Of a stretch of DNA of 64,000 bases, positions 10,380 to 19,864 are shown piece after piece. Every line of letters begins with the position of its first letter. Within the stretch, counting starts at the first letter, position 1. A program made the position numbers and the translations under genes. The stretch is taken from positions 18,944-82,943 of the forward strand of contig JAKATL010000006.1 in assembly GCA_021827985.1 (NCBI GenBank). The letters run 5' to 3'. The stretch comes from a bacterium. GTDB taxonomy: Bacteria; Chloroflexota; Dormibacteria; Aeolococcales; Bog-877. Under the pieces are notes generated by a model. That model was not told the DNA's origin, made no database searches, and saw only the letters and a list, made by a program, of their open reading frames with translations.

Positions 10380-11291
10380 TCAGCCGCCCGGGGAACGGGA
10401 GGAGCGGCGCCGCTCCGGCAGGCAGGCCAGGGCCGCGGTGCGCCACCAGCCCCCCTGATCCAATCGGGAGAGCTCGATCTCGGCGGACTCCTGGGCCGCC
10501 TCCGTCTCCAGCTCCGCCCTAACGACGATGCGCCGGAGGGCGGGACGCAGGTCCGCCGGGCCCTGCTTGGCGGCCCGGTCCACCCAGTCCACCAGCTCCC
10601 TCCACTCTCGGAGGGGCCCCAGCTGGGCCAGGAGGCTGGCGAGCTCGGAGAGCACCACCTGGTGCTGGCGTGCCAGCGCCGGCGAGAACAGCTCCAGCCC
10701 GTGCAGCAGGCGCTGGATCCGCCGCCGGCGCGAGGGCTCCAGCGGGCGGCCGGACCTGGAAGCCGCCTCGAACAGCAGCGGGAGGCGGGCCCGGGCCAGC
10801 TGGACCGCCTCGGTGGCGTCGCCGTCCCGCTGGACGACCGCGCCGAGGGCGGCGGCCGCCTCTAGCTCGGATACGAGGCGGCGGCTCAGGATCTGCTCGC
10901 GGAGGGTGGTCTCTTCCAGGCGGGCGGACTCGAGAAGTGAGCGCAGCGCCTCCGGCTCCCTCCCGCGCCACCCGGGAGCTCCCAACCCCCCCGGCGCCCC
11001 CGCCGGACCGAGGAGTTCCAGAAGCAGCCGGATGCGAGCCTCGGCGCGCTCCAGGGGCCGGAGCTCGGCGGAGAGCTGGCGAAGCCGCCGCTGGGGCGCT
11101 GTGGAATGCGGCTCCAGCTGGTCCTCGAGCGCCATCCAGACCTCCCGCAAACGGCGCAGGGCCAGCCGGCAGTCGGGGACCGCCTCGAGGTCCGCCGCCA
11201 GGGGGAGACGGGCGGCCGACCAACGCAGCTGATCCGCGCGGTCGGCGAGGGTGAGGCGAGCCAGCTCCGTGGCCGAGAGCGGCTCAGCCAC
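10380..11291 (-). CDS. CHAD domain-containing protein
   Basis: 303-aa all-helical, Arg/Leu-rich protein. It is translationally coupled by an 8-nt overlap to the upstream Ppx/GppA gene. CHAD domains commonly accompany Ppx/GppA. Assignment is by context and composition. Confidence 0.55.
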   Translation of the reverse strand: MAEPLSATELARLTLADRADQLRWSAARLPLAADLEAVPDCRLALRRLREVWMALEDQLEPHSTAPQRRLRQLSAELRPLERAEARIRLLLELLGPAGAPGGLGAPGWRGREPEALRSLLESARLEETTLREQILSRRLVSELEAAAALGAVVQRDGDATEAVQLARARLPLLFEAASRSGRPLEPSRRRRIQRLLHGLELFSPALARQHQVVLSELASLLAQLGPLREWRELVDWVDRAAKQGPADLRPALRRIVVRAELETEAAQESAEIELSRLDQGGWWRTAALACLPERRRSSRSPGG

Positions 11292-12246
11292 CAGCTCCCA
11301 CCGCCACCTCGACCAGATGCTCCTCGGCCCGCCACCAGCCCTCCTCGCGGCGCAACAGTGCCAGGATCATGCCGTCCCGGAGCCCCCGCTCGGAGGCCCG
11401 CACCGAGCGCAGCTGCAGCAGGTCCATGAGCTGGGCGAGGATGACCGCTCCCCCGCGGCAGAGCCGCACCCGCTCGAGGTCGACCCCGCTGCGACGGGCG
11501 AGATCGGTGGCCGGTCCGACCCGGAACAGCTCCAGCAGCAGCTCCACCTCCCGCAGGCGGAGCGAGGCGCCCTTGGCCTTGCCCAGCAGGCGGGGCAGGT
11601 TGGTGATGGTTCCACCGGTGCCCAGGACGAGGTGCCCGGTGGCCGGGTCGAGATCCCGAGGCACCCGGCTCGCCACCAGCCGCTCCATGCCCCGCCACTC
11701 CGCGCCGGTTGGAGGGTCGCCGTCCACGGCCGCCAGCAACGTCCCCGACCCGACCTTGATGGAGCGGTCCCGACACAGCCCACCGGCCGGCCCGCGCGCC
11801 ACCTGGGTCGAGGCTCCCCCGATGTCCAGCACCATGCACTCCGCCCTCGGGGTCACCCCCAGGGTGGCACCGTCGAAGGCCAGCTGGGCCTCCAGCTCGG
11901 GGGAGAGGATGTGCAGCCGGTCCACCCCGGCGCGCTGCGCGAGCTGTGCCGCGACCTCCTCCCCGTTGGAGGCGGAGCGGAGCGCCTGGGTGGCCCCGAC
12001 CGCGATGAGGCGAGCCCCGTGGCGCCGGGCCTCCTGCACCTGAGCCGCCAGCGCCCTCCCGGCCAGCTCCAGCCGCTCCGGCCCGACACTGCCGGTAGCG
12101 GCCACATCCAGCCCCAGCTGGACGAAGGCCCGGCGGCGGAAGAGGGGCCGGGGATGCGCTCCCTCGGGGGCAGCGGCCACCAGCAGGTGAACGGTGTTGC
12201 TGCCCACGTCGATGGCCGCCAGCCGATCCGCCCGGGCCACCCGCAA
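11284..12246 (-). CDS. Ppx/GppA family exopolyphosphatase / guanosine pentaphosphate phosphohydrolase
   Basis: 'LAAIDVGSNTVHLLVA', 'LIAVGATQALRSASN', 'SPELEAQLAFDG' and 'VLDIGGASTQV' are ASKHA/Ppx-GppA motifs. Confidence 0.85.
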   Translation of the reverse strand: MRVARADRLAAIDVGSNTVHLLVAAAPEGAHPRPLFRRRAFVQLGLDVAATGSVGPERLELAGRALAAQVQEARRHGARLIAVGATQALRSASNGEEVAAQLAQRAGVDRLHILSPELEAQLAFDGATLGVTPRAECMVLDIGGASTQVARGPAGGLCRDRSIKVGSGTLLAAVDGDPPTGAEWRGMERLVASRVPRDLDPATGHLVLGTGGTITNLPRLLGKAKGASLRLREVELLLELFRVGPATDLARRSGVDLERVRLCRGGAVILAQLMDLLQLRSVRASERGLRDGMILALLRREEGWWRAEEHLVEVAVGAGG

Positions 12247-12422
12247 ACCTCAGCCAGGCCAGCTGGCGCTTTCGATCACGCCCCAAGTTTGCGCCGCTGG
12301 GGCGGCGGCCCGCCCGGCCCGGCCGTGTACCCTGGAAGCGCAGTGCGGAGCCAACGACGCCCCCAGACGGCCCCCCTCCCTTCCCTCCGGGGACGTCGCA
12401 TGGGCCCCGGTCGCCGCGGGCG

Positions 12423-12929
12423 ATGAGCGGCCAGCGAGCCATCTACCTGGTCCGTCACGCCGTCGCCGGCGAGCGGGGCGCCTTCGCCGGGCCGGATCCA
12501 CTGCGGCCCCTCACCTCCACCGGCTGGCGGCAGGCCCTCGCCTTGGCGGATGTCTTGGTCCCGGCCGGGGTGCGGAGGTACCTCTCCAGCCCCACGGTTC
12601 GCTGCCGTGACACCTTGGTCCCGGCCGCCCACAGCGCCGGCCTGGAGATCGAGGACGAGCCCCTCCTCTTCGAGGATCGAGAGCCCTCCGGCCCCAAGGA
12701 GGCCCGTGAGCTGCTCGTCCAGTTCCTGGGGAAGGGGCCGGGGCCGATTGCCATCTGCACCCACGGCAACCTGATGCTCGCCTTCGTGGAGGCCGCCGGG
12801 GGCCGCTCCCCGCGCTGTCCCAAGGGCGGTGTGTGGCGGCTCGAGGTCGACCCGGGAGCCGAGGGTTGGGCCGACCCGCTCTACCTCGGGCGGCTGGACC
12901 CACAACAGCTGAGCTGGCGGGCGGAGTGA
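12423..12929 (+). CDS. histidine phosphatase family protein (SixA-like)
   Basis: 'IYLVRHAVAGER' RHG motif and small size (168 aa). Confidence 0.75.
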   Translation: MSGQRAIYLVRHAVAGERGAFAGPDPLRPLTSTGWRQALALADVLVPAGVRRYLSSPTVRCRDTLVPAAHSAGLEIEDEPLLFEDREPSGPKEARELLVQFLGKGPGPIAICTHGNLMLAFVEAAGGRSPRCPKGGVWRLEVDPGAEGWADPLYLGRLDPQQLSWRAE

Positions 12930-13993
12930 CCGGGCCAGCGACGCCGGGGCCCACCCTCCAGGGCCAGGTGCTCCGGCTGCTGACCCGGCTGGGATCGGAC
13001 GCCACCCTGGTGGTGGGGCCCGATCGCCAGGTGGTCTGGGCCAGCCCCAACGCCGGTAAGATCCTGGACCCGGAGGGCCCCTCCCCCGAGTCGCTCTCGG
13101 GAACGGCGCTCAGTCAGGTGCTCCAGGACCCCCGTGCCGGGGAGCTGGTGGGCAAGGCACTCGCCGAGCAGGTCGTCCAGCGGGGGGAGATCGGCCACCA
13201 GGGCTGGCGGCGGGTGCTGCGCGCGGTGGTGGCTCCCCTTCCGGCGGCGGAGAACAGGAGCCTGGCGGTGGTGATCCTCTCCGACATCACCCACGAGCGG
13301 CGGCTGGGCCGGGCTCACCAGGACCTGATCGCCAACCTCTCCCACGACCTCCGAACCCCACTGGCCAGCCTGACCCTCCTGGCCGAGACCCTCAACGGGG
13401 CCGCCCGGGACGATCCCGAGGCCACCCGGCTCTTCGCCGGACGGATCGCGGCCGAGGCCGACCGGCTGCACGCGCTGGTGGCCGGGATCCTCGACCTGGC
13501 CCGCATCGAGGCCGGGGTGGAGGAGCCCATCCTGACCGAGGTCGACCTCCTGGAGCTGGCCCGCGAGGTGGCGGCCGCCCTCTCCCCCCAGGCCGAGCGC
13601 CGCCAGGTGCGGGTGGAGATCCTGGGCTCGGCGGTCGCCGCCAGCGCCGACCAGCCCCGTCTGGCGCGCGCCCTCTCCGGCGTCCTGGACAACGCCATCA
13701 AGTTCAGCCACCACGGCGGTGTGGTGCAGGTGGAGGTGGGGCCCGGTGAGGGCGGGCCCCGGGTAGCGGTCCGCGACCAGGGGCGGGGGATCTCGGCGGC
13801 CACCATGGCCCGCATCTTCGACCGCTTCTACAGCGGCGACCGTTCCCGTTCGGTGCCGGGCAGCGGGCTGGGGCTGACCATCGCCAAGGAGGCGGTGGAG
13901 CTCCAGGGGGGGGCGATCGAGGTCTCCAGCACGCCGGGTGAGGGGACCGAGGTGGTGATCTCGCTGCGGTCCCCGACTCCCCCGGACGGCTGA
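12833..13993 (+). CDS. sensor histidine kinase (PAS-HisKA-HATPase, cytoplasmic)
   Basis: H-box 'LIANLSHDLRTPLASL', N-box 'VLDNAIKFS' and G-boxes 'DQGRGI' and 'GSGLGLTIAKEAVELQGG'. The true start is probably near 12926 (GTG). Confidence 0.85.
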   Translation: MAARGRPGSRGLGRPALPRAAGPTTAELAGGVTGPATPGPTLQGQVLRLLTRLGSDATLVVGPDRQVVWASPNAGKILDPEGPSPESLSGTALSQVLQDPRAGELVGKALAEQVVQRGEIGHQGWRRVLRAVVAPLPAAENRSLAVVILSDITHERRLGRAHQDLIANLSHDLRTPLASLTLLAETLNGAARDDPEATRLFAGRIAAEADRLHALVAGILDLARIEAGVEEPILTEVDLLELAREVAAALSPQAERRQVRVEILGSAVAASADQPRLARALSGVLDNAIKFSHHGGVVQVEVGPGEGGPRVAVRDQGRGISAATMARIFDRFYSGDRSRSVPGSGLGLTIAKEAVELQGGAIEVSSTPGEGTEVVISLRSPTPPDG

Positions 13994-14015
13994 GAGGTCA
14001 TCTACCATCGCAACG

Positions 14016-14672
14016 GTGTCTGAGCTAGAACCGGGAAGCCACGAGATCTCCGCCCTGCGCGACGGCGCCCGCGTGCAGGGCCAGATGGTGGCCGAGGCGG
14101 TGGCAGCGGCCATGGAGGGGCTGGCCGACCGCGACGGGGACCGGCTCCGCCGGGTGGTGGCCCGCGATCTGGAGATCAACGAGCGCCACCGTCAGGAGCG
14201 GGAGCTGGGGATATCCATACTGGCCACCCAGCACCCGGTCGGCGACCTGCTGCACGAGGTCTTCGGCCTGCTCCTCATCGCCTCAGAGCTGGAGCGGATG
14301 GGGGACCATGCCAAGAGCTGCGCGCGATACGCCCTGCCGCTCATCGAGCTCAGCTCCCGACCTCGGCTGGACTCCATCCTGAGCCTGGGGCACTATGTGG
14401 AGGAGCAGGTGTCCGACATCCTCTCCTCAGTCGCCGCCAGCGACGCCCGCCGGGCCAAGGACATCGCCGAGCGGGACGACCGCATCGACCGGATCTACCA
14501 CCGGGTCTTCGACGACATGGTGGAGACCATGCGGGAGCGGCCCGACTGGGCCTACGCCTGCACCAACCTGCTCCTCATCGCCCACAACCTGGAGCGGATC
14601 GCCGACCGGGTGACCAACATCGCCGAGGACCTGGTCTTCATGGCCACCGGCCAGCTGGTGGAGCTCGGCTAG
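14016..14672 (+). CDS. phoU: phosphate signalling regulator PhoU
   Basis: Two PhoU repeats ('ELERMGDHAKSCARYA' and 'LERIADRVTNIAEDLVFMATGQ'). Confidence 0.9.
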   Translation: MSELEPGSHEISALRDGARVQGQMVAEAVAAAMEGLADRDGDRLRRVVARDLEINERHRQERELGISILATQHPVGDLLHEVFGLLLIASELERMGDHAKSCARYALPLIELSSRPRLDSILSLGHYVEEQVSDILSSVAASDARRAKDIAERDDRIDRIYHRVFDDMVETMRERPDWAYACTNLLLIAHNLERIADRVTNIAEDLVFMATGQLVELG

Positions 14673-15413
14673 GTGGTCACAGAGCCCGAGGCACCCCCCA
14701 GGTCCCGGCTGGTCCTGGTGGTGGAGGACGAGGAGTCCGTGCGCATGACCCTGCGCTACAACCTCGCGGCCCGCGGCTACGTGGTCCTGGAGGCGGAGTC
14801 GGGCACCGAGGGGCTGGAGATGGCCCGGGCCCGCAATCCGGACCTGGTGGTGCTGGACCTGATGCTCCCCGGCCTCTCCGGGGAGGAGGTGTGCCGGCGG
14901 CTGCGGGCGGAGTCCGAGGTGCCCATCCTGATGCTCACCGCCCGCACCACCGAGAGTGAGAAGGTGCGGGGACTGGACCTGGGTGCCGACGACTACATGA
15001 CCAAGCCCTTCGGGGTGCAGGAGTTCCTGGCCCGGGTCGAGGCGGTGATGCGCCGGGCGCAGCGCCCCGCCCGTGAGGCCCCGCGGGCGACCCTCCTCCG
15101 GGTCGGGGACGTGGTGGTGGACTCCGAGTCCCGGCGGGTGACCGTCGGCGAGCAGGAGGTCCGCATGAGCCCCAAGGAGTTCAACCTGCTCTTCCAGCTG
15201 CTGAGCTCCCCGGGGCGGGTCCAGACCCGGGAGGTGCTGCTCCGCTCGGTCTGGGGCCCTGGCTTTAGGGGTGACAGCAAGACGGTGGCCGTCCACATCC
15301 GCTGGCTCCGGGAGAAGTTCGAGGCCTTCCCCACCCTGCCCTTCCGGATCACCACCGTGTTCGGGGTCGGGTACCGGGTCGACCTGGCGCCAGGGGTGCA
15401 GCTCCGGCGGTGA
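14673..15413 (+). CDS. OmpR-family response regulator (PhoP/RegX3-like)
   Basis: Receiver motifs 'VLVVEDEESV' and 'DLVVLDLMLPGLSGEEV', then 'ILMLTARTTESEKVRGLDLGADDYMTKPF' and a winged-helix C-terminus. The start lies immediately after the phoU stop. Confidence 0.9.
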   Translation: MVTEPEAPPRSRLVLVVEDEESVRMTLRYNLAARGYVVLEAESGTEGLEMARARNPDLVVLDLMLPGLSGEEVCRRLRAESEVPILMLTARTTESEKVRGLDLGADDYMTKPFGVQEFLARVEAVMRRAQRPAREAPRATLLRVGDVVVDSESRRVTVGEQEVRMSPKEFNLLFQLLSSPGRVQTREVLLRSVWGPGFRGDSKTVAVHIRWLREKFEAFPTLPFRITTVFGVGYRVDLAPGVQLRR

Positions 15414-16336
15414 GCCCCAATCCGGTGGTGTCGCTGCAAGGGGTCACCAAGTCCTACGGACCCAAGCGCGGGGTGATGGACCTCGACCTGGAGGTCGGAG
15501 AGGGCGAGCTGCTGGCCGTCCTCGGCCCCAACGGGGCGGGCAAGACCACCAGTGTGGAGATCATGGAGGGCTACCGCCGCCCCGACCGGGGCACGGTGCG
15601 CGTCCTGGGCCTCGACCCGGTCCGCGACCGCCGCCGCTGCATCCCCCAGCTGGGGATCATGCTCCAGGAGGGCGGTGTCTACCCCAGCCTCTCGGTGGGC
15701 GAGGCGGTGCGGCTGTTCGCCGCCTACTTCAGAAACCCGGTGCCCCCCGGGGAGCTCCTGGAGCTGGTTGGGCTCAGCGACCGGGAGCGCTCCCGCTACC
15801 GCACCCTCTCCGGCGGTGAGCGGCAGCGGCTGTCGCTGGCACTGGCCCTGGTGGGGCGCCCCCGGCTGCTCTTCCTGGACGAGCCCACCGCGGGAATGGA
15901 CCCTCGGGCGCGCCTGCTCACCTGGGAGGCGGTGCGGGAGCAGCGCCGCCGAGGGGTGACGGTTCTGCTGACCACCCACTCCATGGAGGAGGCGGAGCGG
16001 CTGGCCGATCGGGTGGCCATCATCAACCAGGGCCGGCTGGTGGCCCTGGACACCCCCTCGGCGCTGATCGGGGCCGGCGGGGGCGGGGTGGTCGAGCTGG
16101 AGACGATCGAGGCACTCTCTGCCGAGGGGCGGGCACGGCTCTCCGCCCTGGCGTCGGTGGAGCGGTCCCGTGAGGTGGCCCCGGGGCGCTATCTGCTGCG
16201 GACCGCCACCCCACCACAGGCACTCGTGGAGATCGCCTCGTTGCTGCGCGACGAGGGTCCCCCGGTACTGCGCCTCCAGGTGGGAGGCGGCTCATTGGAG
16301 GAGGTGTTCCTGGAGCTCACCGGAGGCACCGATTGA
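15410..16336 (+). CDS. ABC transporter ATP-binding protein
   Basis: Walker A 'GPNGAGKTT', signature 'LSGGERQRLSLA' and Walker B 'LLFLDEPTAGMD'. Confidence 0.9.
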   Translation: MSPNPVVSLQGVTKSYGPKRGVMDLDLEVGEGELLAVLGPNGAGKTTSVEIMEGYRRPDRGTVRVLGLDPVRDRRRCIPQLGIMLQEGGVYPSLSVGEAVRLFAAYFRNPVPPGELLELVGLSDRERSRYRTLSGGERQRLSLALALVGRPRLLFLDEPTAGMDPRARLLTWEAVREQRRRGVTVLLTTHSMEEAERLADRVAIINQGRLVALDTPSALIGAGGGGVVELETIEALSAEGRARLSALASVERSREVAPGRYLLRTATPPQALVEIASLLRDEGPPVLRLQVGGGSLEEVFLELTGGTD

Positions 16337-17079
16337 ACGGGACCCGTCTGGTCGCGCCCTGGCCCCGGTCGCTCCGGGCCCAGCTCCGGGTGGAGCTGCT
16401 CCTCCTGCTGCGCCAGCCGGAGAACCTGCTCGTGATCCTGGTGCTGCCGATCCTCCTGCTGGCCCTCTTCGCCGGGGCCAGGATCTTCCCCGCCGGCGCC
16501 GGTCGGCCGGCGGACTTCCTCATCCCCGGAGTGATCACGGTGGCCCTCATGTCCACCGGCATGGTGACCCTGGGCATCTCCACCGCCTACCAGCGCTACT
16601 ACCGGGTCCTGAAGCGGCTGGGGGGATCACCGCTCCCCACCTTCGTCCTGGTGCTGGCCAAGGCGGGAGCTGTCCTGCTGGTGGAGATCGGGCAGGTTGC
16701 GCTGCTGCTGGTGATCGGCCGACTCTTCTTCGGCTGGAGCGGCGCGGTGCTGGGGGCGATCCCCCTGATGCTCCTGGGCTCCGTCTGCTTCGCCGGGCTG
16801 GGGCTCACGCTGGCCGGCGCGCTCCGCGCCGAGCTGACCCTGGGCGGTGCCAACGGCCTCTACCTGCTCTTCCTGGTGGTGGGCGGGGTGGTCCTGCCCA
16901 TTGACCACCTGCCGAGCTGGCTCCAGCCGGTGGCCGGGGCGCTGCCCCCAGCGCTCCTCAGCTCGTCCCTCCGGGCGGCGCTGGGCTCCAGCGCCATCGC
17001 CGGATCCACGGTGCTCCTGCTGGCGGTGTGGACCGTGGCACTGGCCGCGGCTGCATCCCTCCTCTTCCGCTGGGAGTGA
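16333..17079 (+). CDS. ABC-2 type transporter permease
   Basis: Six predicted transmembrane helices, a 4-nt overlap with the ATPase gene and ABC-2 topology. Confidence 0.8.
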   Translation: MNGTRLVAPWPRSLRAQLRVELLLLLRQPENLLVILVLPILLLALFAGARIFPAGAGRPADFLIPGVITVALMSTGMVTLGISTAYQRYYRVLKRLGGSPLPTFVLVLAKAGAVLLVEIGQVALLLVIGRLFFGWSGAVLGAIPLMLLGSVCFAGLGLTLAGALRAELTLGGANGLYLLFLVVGGVVLPIDHLPSWLQPVAGALPPALLSSSLRAALGSSAIAGSTVLLLAVWTVALAAAASLLFRWE

Positions 17080-17127
17080 CCTCCCAGGACGTGGTACGGT
17101 GAGCTGGCCACCTCAGGAGACCCCCAA

Positions 17128-17784
17128 TTGAACCCCTTCGCGCGCCGCCACCAGCTGCCCACCGCGTCCGAGGCGCTCCCCGGGCGCACTGAGCCCATCG
17201 TCACGGCTGATACCCACCTCGTGCTGGGGACCCGGATCCACCCCCCCTTCCCGGAGGGGCTGGAGCGCGCTGTCTTCGGGATGGGTTGCTTCTGGGGGGC
17301 GGAGCGCCTCTTCTGGAGGGTTCCCGGGGTCCACACCACGGCGGTCGGGTATGCCGGGGGGACGACCCCCAATCCCTCCTACAAGGAGGTCTGCACCGGC
17401 CTGACCGGTCACGCCGAGGTGGTGCTGGTGGTCTTCGACCCGGCCCAGCTGAGCTACGACAGGCTCCTGCAGCTCTTCTGGGAGGGGCACGACCCCACCC
17501 AGGGCATGCGTCAGGGCAACGACGTCGGGACCCAGTACCGCTCCATCGTGCTCTGCAGTGACCAGGGCCAGGCTCAGGTCGCCAAGTCCTCTTGGGCCGC
17601 CTATCAGGTGGAGCTGGACCGGGCCGGGCTGGGCCGGATCACCACCACCATCGAGGAGCTGGGGCCCCTCTACTACGCGGAGGAGTACCACCAGCAGTAC
17701 CTGGCCAAGAACCCCTCTGGCTACTGCGGGCTGGGCGGGACCGGGGTCGCCTGCCCCACGGGAGTGCTGCAGGCCAGGAGCTGA
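17128..17784 (+). CDS. msrA: peptide methionine sulfoxide reductase MsrA
   Basis: '[15 protein letters not shown]', '[26 protein letters not shown]' and '[10 protein letters not shown]' are canonical MsrA motifs. Confidence 0.9.
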   Translation: MNPFARRHQLPTASEALPGRTEPIVTADTHLVLGTRIHPPFPEGLERAVFGMGCFWGAERLFWRVPGVHTTAVGYAGGTTPNPSYKEVCTGLTGHAEVVLVVFDPAQLSYDRLLQLFWEGHDPTQGMRQGNDVGTQYRSIVLCSDQGQAQVAKSSWAAYQVELDRAGLGRITTTIEELGPLYYAEEYHQQYLAKNPSGYCGLGGTGVACPTGVLQARS

Positions 17785-17945
17785 ACTCCTCGACCACAGT
17801 GGCGCGGAGCTCAGCGGGGAACCTGTACTGGCCCGCCAGCGGCCTCACCGCGGCCGCTGGTGCTGGCCGGGGTCGGTACCGGGGCGCTGATACCTGTCGA
17901 CAGCCGGAGAGGAAAGCAGGCTCCCGGCCCGCTGACCGAGGACCC

Positions 17946-19637
17946 TCACGCCAGGGGCAGGTACTCGGGCTCCCACATCTCCCGGTCCACGGCGCTCTCC
18001 AGCGCCTCGTCCGAGCCGAGCTGTCCGACTCCCTCGGAGCGCGCCTGGCGAGCCACCGCCAGGGCGATCTCGCGGGAGATGGCACGGAGCTCCTGGAGGT
18101 TGGGGTACATCGCTCCCGCCTCGAGCCTCTCCTGGCTCACCAGCCGCGACAGCGTCTCCGCCGCCGCCAACAGCATCCCGTCCGTGACCTCCCGCGCCCG
18201 GGAGACGATCGCGCCCAGTCCGATCCCCGGAAAGACGAACACGTTGTTGGCCTGCCCGACGGCCCGGTCCCGGCCCTCAACCCGGACCGGGGGGAAGGGG
18301 CTTCCGGTCGCCACCACCGCCCGGCCGTCCGTCCAGAACATGATCTGCTCGGGGGTGGCCTCGGAGTTGAGTGTGGGGTTGGAGAGCGGCATGACGATCG
18401 GGCGTGGGCAGCCCCGGGCCATGGCCCGGACGGCCCGCTCGGTGAAGCTTCCGGCCACCCCGCTGACCCCCACCAGGATCGTGGGAGACACCTTCTCCAC
18501 CACCTCCTCCAGGTCGTGGCGCGGGCCGGAGTCCATCTTGAGCTCGGCGAGCAGCGCGGCCGGCACCGCGAACGGCAGGGTGTCCTCCTTGAGCGCCTCC
18601 CTCCCCTGGAACACCAGCCCCCTGGAGTCCAGCACCAAGACCCGGCGGCGAAGCTCCGCAGGATCCGTCCCCTCCCGCTCCATGAACTCCTCGGCCATCC
18701 GGGCGATCCCGGTACCGGCGGCCCCGGCCCCGAGGAAGACCAGGCGCTGGTCGGAGAGCCGCTCTCCCCGATGGCGGAGCTCGGCCAGGATCCCTCCGAG
18801 GACCACGGCTGCGGTGCCCTGAACGTCGTCGTTGAAGCTGGCGATGCGGCGGCGGTAGCGGTCCAGGAGGCGGATGGCGTTGTGCTGCTTGAAGTCCTCC
18901 CACTGGAACAGGGCCCGGGGGAAGACCTCCAGAACGCCCTCCACGAAGGCCTCGATGAAGGCCTCGTACTCCGGCCCGCGGAGCCGCGGCCGGGGATAGC
19001 CGAGGTAATGGGAATCGGCGAGCAGCTCCTGGTTGTCCGTGCCGCAGTCCAGCGACACCGGCAGGGTGTGGCTGGGGTGGATCCCCGCCCCGGCGGTGTA
19101 GAGCGCCAGCTTGCCCACGGGGATCCCCATCCCCCCCGCGCCCTGGTCGCCCAGGCCCAGGATCCGCTCGTTGTCGGTGACCACCATCAGCTTCACCTCG
19201 CCCTCGGCGGCGTTGCGCAGCAGCTCTGGGATGTGGCCCACGTCATCCGGGGTGACCCAGAGCCCATGGGGGCGGCGCACCACGTGGCTGAACTCCCGGC
19301 AGGCCTGGCCCACGGTGGGGGTATAGACAATTGGTGCCAGCTCCTCCAGGTGGTCGATGAGCACCCGGTAGAAGAGCGTCTGGTTGCGCTCCTGGAGCGC
19401 GGCCAGCCCGATGTAGCGCTCCAGGTCGTCGCCCTTCCGGCGCAGATGCTCCAGTTCCAGCTCCACCTGCTCCTGGATGGGCACCACCCGCCACGGGAGC
19501 AGGCCCGTGAGGCGCAGCTGCTCCCGCTCGGACGCCGTGAAGGCGGCGTCACGGTTGAGCCCTGGAGTTCCCAGCAGCTCCCGGCCGGTGCGGGCGATGT
19601 TCCCCCCGGTCCCCTGATCCTCTATTGCCATAGCCAT
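17946..19637 (-). CDS. NAD(P)-dependent malic enzyme
   Basis: 'ERNQTLFYRVL', 'VYTPTVGQAC', 'FNDDVQGTAAVVLGG', 'VFLGAGAAGTGIA' and 'IVMPLSNPT'. The likely start is 'MAMAIEDQG' (19637) rather than the ATG at 19727. Confidence 0.9.
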   Translation of the reverse strand: MAMAIEDQGTGGNIARTGRELLGTPGLNRDAAFTASEREQLRLTGLLPWRVVPIQEQVELELEHLRRKGDDLERYIGLAALQERNQTLFYRVLIDHLEELAPIVYTPTVGQACREFSHVVRRPHGLWVTPDDVGHIPELLRNAAEGEVKLMVVTDNERILGLGDQGAGGMGIPVGKLALYTAGAGIHPSHTLPVSLDCGTDNQELLADSHYLGYPRPRLRGPEYEAFIEAFVEGVLEVFPRALFQWEDFKQHNAIRLLDRYRRRIASFNDDVQGTAAVVLGGILAELRHRGERLSDQRLVFLGAGAAGTGIARMAEEFMEREGTDPAELRRRVLVLDSRGLVFQGREALKEDTLPFAVPAALLAELKMDSGPRHDLEEVVEKVSPTILVGVSGVAGSFTERAVRAMARGCPRPIVMPLSNPTLNSEATPEQIMFWTDGRAVVATGSPFPPVRVEGRDRAVGQANNVFVFPGIGLGAIVSRAREVTDGMLLAAAETLSRLVSQERLEAGAMYPNLQELRAISREIALAVARQARSEGVGQLGSDEALESAVDREMWEPEYLPLA

Positions 19638-19864
19638 TCCCCCCTGCGGCACCACCCTGGAGGTTATCGGTGAGGGCAGCCCACGACCTGCGGGATTCCG
19701 CCTATAGGGGACACGAAAAGTGGGCAACCAAGGCCACCAAGCGGCCCCCCGGGTATGATTTGGGGCGACTCATTGGGAGCACCGGAGGGACCTGGCCCAG
19801 CGAAGGTGCAGCAACCGGCCCACCGGCACGGTGCTAATGCCAGGATCGATGAGGAGGACCTGGC

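Noticed and set aside
10519-12442. Overlapping ORFs (10519..11223 minus, 10528..11232 plus, 10886..12442 minus, 11251..12426 plus) across the CHAD and Ppx/GppA genes
   Set aside because: Their Arg/Gly/Pro/Ala-rich products have no motifs. The Ppx/GppA and CHAD frames explain the region.
17785-17945. Possible intrinsic terminator between the convergent msrA and malic enzyme genes
   Set aside because: The only hairpin candidate (CCGGAGAGG...CTCCCGG) is imperfect and has no following T-tract.
17592-19673. 693-aa plus-strand ORF antisense to the malic enzyme gene
   Set aside because: It exactly mirrors the malic enzyme gene, has low-complexity composition and no domain signature.
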